From Patescibacteria group bacterium (lineage in GTDB: Bacteria > Patescibacteriota > Patescibacteriia > SBBC01 > CAIJZX01): 49,340 nt of DNA. The translations under genes were made by a program, and so were the position numbers. A model generated the notes under the pieces. That model saw nothing but the letters and a program-made list of their open reading frames with translations. It was not told the DNA's origin and did no database searches. The stretch is taken from assembly GCA_038065275.1 (NCBI GenBank), contig JBBTRH010000006.1, positions 1 through 49,340 on the forward strand, in the 5' to 3' direction. This document shows, one piece after another, positions 20,260 through 28,417 of the stretch (position 1 is the first letter of the stretch; every line of letters starts with the position of its first letter).

Positions 20260-21234
20260 ATGGAAAGCCTCTCATTTCTCGCCCCGCTTCTCGGATTTTC
20301 CGGGGTGGCAGTAGTCGTCCTGGCGATCGTGGCGATCGTTCAGGATCTCAAGCAAGAACGAAAATACGGCTACCGGCAAGCGTTCTACACCATCGTCACG
20401 CTGGTAATGCTGGTCATGGCGGTCGGTGCGGTTGAATCACTGATGGTGGTGGGGTTGAAAGAAGCGATGCCGGACGCCAAACAGTACAACCAACGGTTTA
20501 ATCAACCCCCAGGTTTCTATGTAACCGGTGAAACTGCGACCACGACTAAACCGGCGGCTCCACCCCCGGTCTCGTATACCTGTGAGACCGATTGTCAGTT
20601 CACGGCTACTGATAAACAGGCGCTGAACGATTGGCGGGCCTCATACACCTCCTGGCGGGAGACTACGAATGTCTCGTTGCAAACACGCCGGAATATCGCT
20701 GGCGCGCTCTCGCTCCTGATTATCGCCTTGCCGCTCCTACTGCTGTTCATGCGCTGGATGAATCGCGGCGCGAGAGAGGAATATGCGATCCAGCACAAGC
20801 CTTCACCACTCCGTTCCATTTACTTCTACGGGATCTCGTTTGCCGGCTTGGTGGTAGCCGTCGTCGGCGGCGCGTTTCTCTTGAATACCGCCTTTAATAC
20901 CGTTTTGAAGACCGGCGCGGCGAGTAATTCCCGGGCTATGCCGATCAGCGTGTCCGCCAGCGACACCGGGGCGATCGACAGCGTTTTGGCCTGCGGAACG
21001 AAATGCAACTTCAGCCAGGCCGATCTCACTCTGGCGCAGGAATGGAAGCGGGACTGGCAGAAGTACCGTGATCTCCAAACGACCAGCGTCGGTTCCGCCC
21101 AGAATGACTTGGCGAATACCATCCCCCTTATCCTGGTCGGATTGCCGCTCTTCTGGTATCACTTCGTCCGCATCCGCCGCGAAGGACATGAAAGCGAAGG
21201 AACGCCGACCGCGCCAACTCCGACAATCGTCTAA
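20260..21234 (+). CDS. Membrane protein with two internal repeats (DUF5671-like) between rplK and rplA
   Basis: Repeated TM-loop-CxxxCxF...W...W-TM units (CETDCQF / CGTKCNF); ...VGLPLFWYH ending. Confidence 0.7.
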   Translation: MESLSFLAPLLGFSGVAVVVLAIVAIVQDLKQERKYGYRQAFYTIVTLVMLVMAVGAVESLMVVGLKEAMPDAKQYNQRFNQPPGFYVTGETATTTKPAAPPPVSYTCETDCQFTATDKQALNDWRASYTSWRETTNVSLQTRRNIAGALSLLIIALPLLLLFMRWMNRGAREEYAIQHKPSPLRSIYFYGISFAGLVVAVVGGAFLLNTAFNTVLKTGAASNSRAMPISVSASDTGAIDSVLACGTKCNFSQADLTLAQEWKRDWQKYRDLQTTSVGSAQNDLANTIPLILVGLPLFWYHFVRIRREGHESEGTPTAPTPTIV

Positions 21235-21243
21235 TTATTATTT

Positions 21244-21278
21244 GTGGGAGTCTTGACCATTCGGGACGTTAGCACCAC
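21244..21278 (+). promoter_or_regulatory. Probable L1 autoregulatory leader
   Basis: GTGGGAG...GACG...CACCAC motif directly upstream of rplA. Confidence 0.6.
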
Positions 21279-21279
21279 G

Positions 21280-21309
21280 TCCGGCGGAGCCGGATCCGGT
21301 TCCGCCGGA
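21280..21309. repeat. 30-bp GGATCC-centred palindrome (intergenic copy)
   Basis: tccggcggagccggatccggttccgccgga. Confidence 0.85.
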
Positions 21310-21322
21310 AAAGGAAGAATCT

Positions 21323-22000
21323 ATGCCCAGTAAACGTTTTCGCGCCGCTCAGCAACTGATCGACGTCAAGAAGAGTTATCCGATTGATGAAGCGATGGCG
21401 CTGATGAAGCAAACGGCCACCACTAAGTTCGATTCGAGCGTCGAGGTCCACGTCAAACTCGGCATTGACCCGGGGAAAGCCGACCAGTCGGTGCGTAGCA
21501 CCGCCCAGCTCCCGCACGGTACCGGCAAGAAACTTTCCATCGCCGTGTTTGCTAAGGGCGCGGCCGCCAAAGCGGCCAAGGACGCCGGCGCCGATACAGT
21601 CGGGGATGATGAGCTGATTGCCGAGATCAAGAAAACCGGCAAAACGGATTTTGACATCGCCCTGGCCGCGCCGGAGATGATGAAGCTCCTGGCGCCGATC
21701 GCCAAGACGCTCGGGACTAAGGGCCTGATGCCCAACCCGAAGAACGACACCGTTACGGCCGACCCGGCGGCCGCCGTGAAAGCCCTGCGTAGCGGCAAAA
21801 TCGCTTTCCGTTCCGATAACACCGGCAATGTCCATCAAATCATTGGCAAAGCTTCATTTCCTTCGGCCCAATTGAAAGCTAACCTAGAGACCTTCCTCGA
21901 CGCCCTGAAAAAGGCTAAGCCGAGCGACACCAAGGGCACGTACCTGAAATCCGTCACCCTGACCTCGTCCATGGGGCCGGGAATCAAGATTACGAAGTAA
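21323..22000 (+). CDS. rplA: 50S ribosomal protein L1
   Basis: KFDSSVE, LPHGTGK, LGTKGLMPNPK, SSMGPG. Confidence 0.98.
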   Translation: MPSKRFRAAQQLIDVKKSYPIDEAMALMKQTATTKFDSSVEVHVKLGIDPGKADQSVRSTAQLPHGTGKKLSIAVFAKGAAAKAAKDAGADTVGDDELIAEIKKTGKTDFDIALAAPEMMKLLAPIAKTLGTKGLMPNPKNDTVTADPAAAVKALRSGKIAFRSDNTGNVHQIIGKASFPSAQLKANLETFLDALKKAKPSDTKGTYLKSVTLTSSMGPGIKITK

Positions 22001-22062
22001 ACCTGTGTTTCCACACCGTCCCGCCGTTCACGGATAGGACGGTGTTTGGTAGGATGAAGATG

Positions 22063-22683
22063 ATGAGCATGGCCGGAAAATACATTTGCCTCTCCGGTGG
22101 GGAGGGGAGCGGTAAAACCACCGTGATTGACCAACTGCGCCTCGAATATCCCGACGCGGTGTTTGTCCGCGAACCGGGCGGAACGCCGTTCGGGTCGTCG
22201 CTACGCCAGCTGTTGCTCGGCCGCCAGTACGCGCCGGATCCGTGGACTGAGCTGTTTCTGCTGATGGCCGATCGGATAGAGCTGTACCACCGCGTCGTGC
22301 GACCCGCGCTGAACGACGGGGCCACGGTGATTTCTGACCGATGTTGGATTGAAACGTTAGTTTATCAAATCCTGACAAAAATCGGACTTGATGCAGTTCC
22401 CTTGTTTCTTGATCTGATGCGACGCAGTGGATGCTTGATGCCGAACCTGTGGATCTGGCTCGATATCGATCCGTCGACCGGCTTGGCGCGTCGACAGGCA
22501 AGCGGCGAAATGAACAGTTTCGACGCGGATGCGCTTGAACTGCATGAGAAGTATCGCCAAGGATTCGGGAAAGTCGCGACGCTGTTGCCGCAAATGCTAA
22601 CCGTTCGCATTGACGCCGGTCAAGCCCGCGACGCGGTGTTCGCGGCCGTAATAACTGCTATCATGGATATTCAGGGCCACTAA
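22063..22683 (+). CDS. tmk: Thymidylate kinase
   Basis: GGEGSGKTT P-loop, REPGG, VISDR; start uncertain (22060/22063/22069). Confidence 0.9.
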   Translation: MSMAGKYICLSGGEGSGKTTVIDQLRLEYPDAVFVREPGGTPFGSSLRQLLLGRQYAPDPWTELFLLMADRIELYHRVVRPALNDGATVISDRCWIETLVYQILTKIGLDAVPLFLDLMRRSGCLMPNLWIWLDIDPSTGLARRQASGEMNSFDADALELHEKYRQGFGKVATLLPQMLTVRIDAGQARDAVFAAVITAIMDIQGH

Positions 22684-22694
22684 CAATACGCACT

Positions 22695-23579
22695 ATGCCG
22701 CCGAGCATTCCCACCTTCTTTCCTGCTCATCACGCTCAGGTTTTTACCACGCCTGGCGGCGTGGCCTATCTGAAAGAACCCGGGGTCGTTCTGATCGCCC
22801 AGACCGCGACTGACATCATCGGCCTGCGGCCGTTTCTCGAACAGTTCGACCCGGCGCTGAAATTCGGCGAGTACGTCGACGACCCGACGCCGTTGCCGGC
22901 CGGAACGCACCTCTGTAAAACCGCCGGTCAGACCTGTTATTGCTCTTGGGGTGCCAAGCGGACGATGAACACCGAAGCGGCTAAGTACATCGCCAACATC
23001 GTCGAATCCGGCCACGGTTCGGTGCTCGAACACGCGGTCTACAGTTTTTTCATCTACGGCATCAGCCGGAGTCTGACCCACGAGCTCGTCCGTCACCGGG
23101 CCGGTTGCGCATATTCGCAAGTCAGCCAGCGCTACGTCGACGACACGACCCTGCGGTTCGTTATGCGGCCGGAGTATAACGGCGACCCGGAACTCGAACA
23201 GCGCTTCTTCACGAACATTGAACGGGCGGCCAGAGAGTACCGTGAAATCACCGATCTCCTGATGCAGCGCCAGGCGGCCGGTTCGGAGATTCTGTCCGGC
23301 GAGAAGAAGCGCGACGAGCGCAAGAAGCGCCAACAAGCCGCCCGTTCGGTCCTGCCGAACGAAACCGAAGCGCCGATCACTTTCACCGCCAACGCCCGAG
23401 CACTCCGCCACACCATGGAAATGCGCGCCTCCGACCACGCCGAAACGGAAATCCGGCGGTTGTTCATGAAGATTTACCGCGTAGCGTTGCAGGTCGATCC
23501 GATTCTGTTCGGCGATTACGAAGTTGTGAAATTGCCCGACGGAACGGAGTGTTTGAAGACCGAGCATCCGAAGGTGTAG
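22695..23579 (+). CDS. thyX: FAD-dependent thymidylate synthase
   Basis: GHGSVLEH, SRSLTHELVRHR...SQVSQRYV, ARSVLPN, AETEIR. Confidence 0.95.
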   Translation: MPPSIPTFFPAHHAQVFTTPGGVAYLKEPGVVLIAQTATDIIGLRPFLEQFDPALKFGEYVDDPTPLPAGTHLCKTAGQTCYCSWGAKRTMNTEAAKYIANIVESGHGSVLEHAVYSFFIYGISRSLTHELVRHRAGCAYSQVSQRYVDDTTLRFVMRPEYNGDPELEQRFFTNIERAAREYREITDLLMQRQAAGSEILSGEKKRDERKKRQQAARSVLPNETEAPITFTANARALRHTMEMRASDHAETEIRRLFMKIYRVALQVDPILFGDYEVVKLPDGTECLKTEHPKV

Positions 23580-23605
23580 TTCCGTTCAACCCCAGGAGGG
23601 AGAAC

Positions 23606-23791
23606 GTGGATTGTGTCCATGCGTTGGCCGTGCTCGAGCGGTATCGCCAGGGTGACCGGTCGTTGCCAACGATGCTGGAGTAGCAGGCGGCGATCGATCA
23701 CGCCAGCAACTACGGTTGCGGCACCTGCCGGCTGTCGAAAGACACGCTGAACGGTCCGCGGCCGACCGTCTCGATCGCCTTCGCCACTTGA
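23606..23791 (+). pseudogene. Small zf-HC2-like (anti-sigma zinc finger) ORF with one in-frame TAG
   Basis: SD AGGAGGG then GTG: MDCVHALAVLERYRQGDRSLPTMLE*QAAIDHASNYGCGTCRL...; TAG at 23681-23683; followed by a hairpin and T-run. Confidence 0.4.
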
Positions 23792-23798
23792 TCTTTCC

Positions 23799-23836
23799 CG
23801 GTCCCACTCGTTCGTCGAGTCGGGGCCGCTTTTTTT
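23799..23836 (+). terminator. Rho-independent terminator
   Basis: cggtccc-actcg...cgagt-cggggccg followed by a T7 run. Confidence 0.65.
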
Positions 23837-23837
23837 A

Positions 23838-23871
23838 TTTGCCGAAAAACTGGTACACTGCGAAAGCTATG
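23838..23871 (+). repeat. Copy 1 of the duplicated gatB promoter/start (34-nt direct repeat with 24835-24868)
   Basis: tttgccgaaaaactggtacactgcgaaagctatg vs tttgccgaaaaattggtacactgtaaaagctatg, 3 mismatches. Confidence 0.85.
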
Positions 23872-24052
23872 CCTCGCGGCGCGGGACGCAACGCTCGGCT
23901 TGGACTTGAAAGGATTGTATTGGTGAAAAGGAAAAGTATTCATTAATAGGGGCAAAGGGAATTTTTTATTACTGGATTAAATATTCCTTTCGTGTTAAGG
24001 TGGCGATTGTGAACTTTGATAACCACTAACCAAGAAAGGAGCGCTAAGCATT

Positions 24053-24787
24053 ATGGCTAAGAAATTGAGCGTTGTCGTGTCTGGATCGTTCCGCCGTTCT
24101 TTTGAGGGCATCGGCGCAACCGTGAGAACATTTGAGTCATTGGGAGTGGAAGTTATTTCGCCCAAGGCATCGAAAGTAATCAATCCGGGCGAAGAGTTTG
24201 CTGTTCTCGAATCGGACGACACCAGCAACCCGCAGACCTTGGAACAGCGACACCTTGACGCCATCACTGCCGCGGATGCGCTGTACCTGTACGATCCCGA
24301 GGGGTATATCGGCGACTCATCAAAGATGGAGCTTGGATGGGCAGTTGCGCTCGGCAAGCCCGTTTTCTGCAAGGAGCTGGTGTCGGATTCCACCCTCAAG
24401 TTCTTCTGTGGTAGTATCGCCACACCGGAACAGGTGAAGGACGCGCTCGACAATCGCTCACCCCTCGAGTCCATCAACGAACGCTCCTCGGTGGCCGCTC
24501 TTCAACACTACATTCACGAGATGGTGGCACGAAGAGGGTTCGACAAGGAGACGCCGCGGGACGTTCTCCTGCTTATGGTGGAGGAGGTTGGCGAACTCGC
24601 CAAAGCGCTTCGCAAATACCTCGGTATCAAGTCGGATCGAGAAAGGAAAGATCGGTATCCTGCGCTCGAAGGCGAGCTCGCCGATGTGTTCATCTACCTA
24701 CTAGATCTTTCGAACCTACTCGAGGTTCCTCTCTTTCACGCTCTTCATGAGAAAGAGCAGGAGAGCGAGAAGCGGTCTTGGGGGTAG
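24053..24787 (+). CDS. Fusion protein: N-terminal nucleoside 2-deoxyribosyltransferase-like Rossmann domain plus C-terminal MazG-like NTP pyrophosphohydrolase
   Basis: VSGSFRR...ADALY...GYIGDSSKMELGWAVALGKPV; EEVGELAKA...GELADVFIYL; SD AGGAG. Confidence 0.8.
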   Translation: MAKKLSVVVSGSFRRSFEGIGATVRTFESLGVEVISPKASKVINPGEEFAVLESDDTSNPQTLEQRHLDAITAADALYLYDPEGYIGDSSKMELGWAVALGKPVFCKELVSDSTLKFFCGSIATPEQVKDALDNRSPLESINERSSVAALQHYIHEMVARRGFDKETPRDVLLLMVEEVGELAKALRKYLGIKSDRERKDRYPALEGELADVFIYLLDLSNLLEVPLFHALHEKEQESEKRSWG

Positions 24788-24798
24788 ACAATCTAAAC

Positions 24799-24833
24799 GG
24801 GGTGTTTGGAAAATTTTCCACCACCCCTTTTTT
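24799..24833 (+). terminator. Rho-independent terminator after the NDT-MazG gene
   Basis: ggggtg..tggaaa/tttcca..cacccc followed by a T-run. Confidence 0.7.
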
Positions 24834-24865
24834 CTTTGCCGAAAAATTGGTACACTGTAAAAGCT

Positions 24866-24940
24866 ATGAAGCATCTGGAAGCCATCATTGGCCTGGAAGT
24901 CCACGTCCCACGTAGAGTTCAGCCTCGCTGAACCACGTGG
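24866..24940 (+). pseudogene. Truncated gatB 5' duplicate (MKHLEAIIGLEVHV) ending at a hairpin
   Basis: Matches GatB YLEPIIGLEVHV with different codons; broken by the hairpin ccacgt-aga-gttcagc-ctc-gctgaac-c-acgtgg (24908-24940). Confidence 0.85.
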
Positions 24941-24953
24941 CCCCTCAATAGCT

Positions 24954-26483
24954 ATGACTCATCGGCCAGAACCATCCCTCTATCTTGAACCGATCATTGG
25001 TTTAGAGGTTCATGTGCAGCTCAAGACCAAGAGTAAGATGTTCTGTCGTTGCGACAATACTGGAGGTGAACCACCCGGCGAAGCCGGGTCCGGCTCCGCC
25101 GGAAACAGCGCCATTTGTCCGATCTGCACCGGCCAGCCGGGGGCGTTACCGTTGCCGAACGCCCAGGCCATTGACTGGGCTTTGACTGCCACCCTAGCGC
25201 TTGGCTGTAAGGTGAACCAGGAGTCAAAATTCGACCGGAAGCACTATTTCTATCCCGATCTACCCAAAGGCTACCAAATCAGCCAATACGACCAGCCGTT
25301 CGGCGTGGCGGGGAAAGTAACCGTGCCAATCGATGGCCGGCAGAAAACGTTTCGCATTCACCGCCTCCACCTCGAAGAAGACGCCGGAAAGCTGTTGCAC
25401 CAGGGCCACCAGACGCTGATTGACCTGAATCGGGCCGGCACGCCACTGATGGAAATCGTCAGCGAGCCGGATTTCCGCACGCCGCAAGAAGCGAAAGCGT
25501 ACCTGCAGGAACTCCGGCTAATCATGCGCTACCTTGGCATCTCCGACGCGGACATGGAGAAAGGGCACTTGCGGTGCGACGCGAATATCTCCCTGCGGCC
25601 CGTTGGGAGCGATGAGCTGTATCCGAAAACGGAAATAAAAAATCTCAACTCGTTCAAAGCCGTCGAGCGCGCCTTGGCTTTTGAGGTCAAACGGCAACGC
25701 GATTTGTGGGAGAACGGCCAACCGCCCAAAGAACAATCAACCCGTGGTTGGGACGAAGCTGTCCAAAAAACGGTCGAACAGCGGACGAAAGAAGAAGCGG
25801 CCGACTATCGCTATTTCCCCGAACCGGACATTCCGCCGATTGTGACGAGCGATGAGCGCCTGTTGAAACTCAAAGGGATGATTCCGGAACTGCCGGCGGC
25901 GCGACGGGAACGACTGATGACGATGTACGGGATGAAAGGAGAACACAGCGCCGCACTCGTTGAAGATAAGGAACTGGCTGATTATTTCGAGCAGGTGGTC
26001 AGCGAGTTCCGCGGATACGTCGCATCTGAGATCGGCGGCGACAAAGCCGCGTCGCTCTGGAAGTCCGAAAAAGGCCAGGACGTATCGTTGATTGCCAACT
26101 GGTTGCTGAACAGGATTTCCGTTGAACATCGCGGGGCGCATGGTTTACCGGTACCGGCGCAAGACATGGGACGATTGCTGTGGATGCTTCACCAGGGCGC
26201 GATCAACGCTCCAGCCGCGCCGCAGGTGTATGAGGCGATGGTCAAGACGAAGAAAGGTCCGCACGCGTTAGTGAAGGAACTTGGTTTAGAGCAAGTCAGC
26301 GATACCGGTGAACTAGAAAAAATCATACGCGGCGTCATCGCGGCGAATGAGAAGGTCGTCGCCGACGTCAAAGCCGGCAAAGCCGCCGCCAACCAATTTC
26401 TCGTCGGCCAGGTGATGAAAGCGACGAAGGGGAAAGCGAATCCGCAGGTGGTGCAGGAGGTGTTGAAGAAGATGCTCTCCTGA
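24954..26483 (+). CDS. gatB: Asp-tRNA(Asn)/Glu-tRNA(Gln) amidotransferase subunit B
   Basis: IGLEVHVQL, FDRKHYFYPDLPKGYQISQ, HLEEDAGK, NRAGTPLMEIVSEPD, YRYFPEPD, FLVGQVMK; ATG at 24954. Confidence 0.96.
   Translation: MTHRPEPSLYLEPIIGLEVHVQLKTKSKMFCRCDNTGGEPPGEAGSGSAGNSAICPICTGQPGALPLPNAQAIDWALTATLALGCKVNQESKFDRKHYFYPDLPKGYQISQYDQPFGVAGKVTVPIDGRQKTFRIHRLHLEEDAGKLLHQGHQTLIDLNRAGTPLMEIVSEPDFRTPQEAKAYLQELRLIMRYLGISDADMEKGHLRCDANISLRPVGSDELYPKTEIKNLNSFKAVERALAFEVKRQRDLWENGQPPKEQSTRGWDEAVQKTVEQRTKEEAADYRYFPEPDIPPIVTSDERLLKLKGMIPELPAARRERLMTMYGMKGEHSAALVEDKELADYFEQVVSEFRGYVASEIGGDKAASLWKSEKGQDVSLIANWLLNRISVEHRGAHGLPVPAQDMGRLLWMLHQGAINAPAAPQVYEAMVKTKKGPHALVKELGLEQVSDTGELEKIIRGVIAANEKVVADVKAGKAAANQFLVGQVMKATKGKANPQVVQEVLKKMLS
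25074..25103. repeat. 30-bp palindrome in frame in gatB (PGEAGSGSAG)
   Basis: cccggcgaagccgggtccggctccgccgga, splitting the conserved P-N of CxN...PNxxxCP. Confidence 0.85.
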
Positions 26484-26485
26484 CA

Positions 26486-26572
26486 CAGCGCGGGCACTTC
26501 CACCTCCCCTGCGCCCCTCCTTCCCTCGGCAAAGCTCGGGACAGGCAGGCAGGAGGGGTGCGCCCGCGCTGT
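26486..26572. repeat. Composite nested palindrome between convergent gatB and miaA (probable bidirectional terminator)
   Basis: Outer cagcgcgggc/gcccgcgctg, inner cccctcct/aggagggg, innermost ccctcggcaaagctcggg. Confidence 0.6.
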
Positions 26573-26576
26573 ACGA

Positions 26577-27470
26577 TTAGGGTAAAAATGTTCGGACCAG
26601 TTTATCGGTTTGTTGACCTTTCGTCACCCACCCAATATCCTGATCCCGCTTCCACCAGGTCATTTGGCGTTTGGCGAAGTCGTGAATGGCGGATTTAAGT
26701 TGTCGAACGGCTTCGGTTTTTGCAATTTGGCCGCGTAGATAGCGACTCAAATAACGATATTCGAGTCCAAAATCATCGAGGCGTTTCCACGACAGTCCGT
26801 GTCGGTGGAGTCGACGAACTTCCGCAATCATGCCCTGTCGCAGGCGAGTATCCACGCGGCGGTCGATGTTCCGATGTAACATAGTTTTGGGCCGAGTGAT
26901 GCCGATCTTGAGAACCCGCATCGGTGGCACTCCCACCACTTCTTCACCCCTCCTCGTCAGAGGAGGGGGCTGGTAGGAGGCAATCTCAATCGCGCGGATG
27001 AGGCGGCGGCGGTTGGCCGGGTCGATTGTTTTGGCGCGGCCGGAATCAAGCGCCTGTAACCGCGCGATTAATTGCGCCGTCGTTTTAGCCGCTAACCGCC
27101 GCCGCAGTTTCGGATCCGGGGGAATAGGGGAGTAGGCGTCGGGTTTCGTCAGGGCGTCGATGTAGAACGGCGAGCCGCCGACAAGAAAAACCGGCGTGGA
27201 CGAATCAATCTTTTTGAGAACACGCCGAACATCACGGACGTAGCGAGCCACCGAGTACTGTCCGCGCGGCGAAGCTACATCGAGCAAAAAGTGGGGGACG
27301 CCGCGCATTTCTTTGGCCGTGATTTTCCCCGTTCCGATGTTCATGCCCTTGTACACTTGGCGCGAATCGGCGGAAATGACGATGCCATGAAACTTTTTAG
27401 CAAGACGGACGCCAAGCGCAGATTTGCCCGAGGCGGTCGGGCCGAGGATGACGATGACGCGGCGTTCCAT
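26577..27470 (-). CDS. miaA: tRNA dimethylallyltransferase
   Basis: GPTASGKS, ISADSRQVY, GTGK, VGGS, AKRQMTW. Confidence 0.95.
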   Translation of the reverse strand: MERRVIVILGPTASGKSALGVRLAKKFHGIVISADSRQVYKGMNIGTGKITAKEMRGVPHFLLDVASPRGQYSVARYVRDVRRVLKKIDSSTPVFLVGGSPFYIDALTKPDAYSPIPPDPKLRRRLAAKTTAQLIARLQALDSGRAKTIDPANRRRLIRAIEIASYQPPPLTRRGEEVVGVPPMRVLKIGITRPKTMLHRNIDRRVDTRLRQGMIAEVRRLHRHGLSWKRLDDFGLEYRYLSRYLRGQIAKTEAVRQLKSAIHDFAKRQMTWWKRDQDIGWVTKGQQTDKLVRTFLP

Positions 27471-27495
27471 GTCATCAGTATACCACGCCCCCTGA

Positions 27496-27596
27496 CCCCG
27501 TTAGAGGCGAATACTGATACCTGAAGAACGATTAATTTTTCCGGCACTCTGATTCGCATCAGCTGGGCCGACAAACCACGCTCGCCTCTAACGGGG
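27496..27596. repeat. ~100-bp CCCCGTTAGAGG MITE-like element abutting a -35 box
   Basis: ccccgttagaggcga / tcgcctctaacgggg TIR, followed by TTGACA-17-TAAGGT; interior homologous to the 39999 copy. Confidence 0.85.
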
Positions 27597-27670
27597 TTGA
27601 CAGCCTCGGGGGTTTGGCGTAAGGTGCGACCAATCGTTCTTTGACCCCCACCAGAATCCCGGAGGGAGCC

Positions 27671-28399
27671 GTGAAAACGTTTGTCATCGGTCTTGACCTT
27701 GATGACACGCTCTTGCCGACGGCGCGGGAGTATCACCGCGCCATGTGGCAGTGCGGTGCCATCATTGACAATGTCTTGGGAGAACGCAGCCCCCACCCGA
27801 AAGACATCATCGACTTCCAACAGCGAACGGACATCACCCTGATCGAACGGGAAGGATTCAAGCCGGACCGTTTCCCGACCAGCTGGGTCATGACGCTCGA
27901 TCACTTCGCTCACCTATGCAACGTGGCCGTCCCCACGGCCGTGAGCCAGGCAGTGTTCGAAGCCGCTCAACGCTTCTGCCAGGGCCCGTTCCGGCCCTTC
28001 CCCGGGGTCCTTCGGACATTGACCCGACTACGGGAAGGTGGGCACGAACTCCACTGCATCTCGGCCGGCATCGGAGCGGAGAGCCTCCAACACCGCAAGC
28101 TCCGGGAAGCTGATCTGACCGACTTCTTCCGGACGATCACCATCACCGGCGCTGACAAAACACCCGCCATGGAACGGGTCTTCAATGACCGGCGGGAACG
28201 AAGCGTCATGGTCGGCGATTCCAAGCGCCATGATATTCTGCCGGCCATTGCTCTCGGCGTGACCGCTGTCTGGGTGCCGAGTTCGTCCTGGAGTTTCGCC
28301 CAGGCTGACGTCGATCCGTCAACGCACTATACGATTCATCACCTGACCGAACTGCCGGGACTGATCACCCGGCTCAATGAACACCGACCGCAACCCTAA
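27671..28399 (+). CDS. HAD-superfamily hydrolase
   Basis: LDLDDTL motif I, MVGDSKRHDI motif IV; SD GGAGGGAG before GTG 27671. Confidence 0.9.
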   Translation: MKTFVIGLDLDDTLLPTAREYHRAMWQCGAIIDNVLGERSPHPKDIIDFQQRTDITLIEREGFKPDRFPTSWVMTLDHFAHLCNVAVPTAVSQAVFEAAQRFCQGPFRPFPGVLRTLTRLREGGHELHCISAGIGAESLQHRKLREADLTDFFRTITITGADKTPAMERVFNDRRERSVMVGDSKRHDILPAIALGVTAVWVPSSSWSFAQADVDPSTHYTIHHLTELPGLITRLNEHRPQP

Positions 28400-28417
28400 A
28401 AAAGTTGCGGTTTTTTC

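Noticed and set aside
24888-24953. TTG start of gatB at 24888 given by the ORF track
   Set aside because: This stretch is the out-of-frame gatB duplicate and hairpin; the plausible start is the ATG at 24954.
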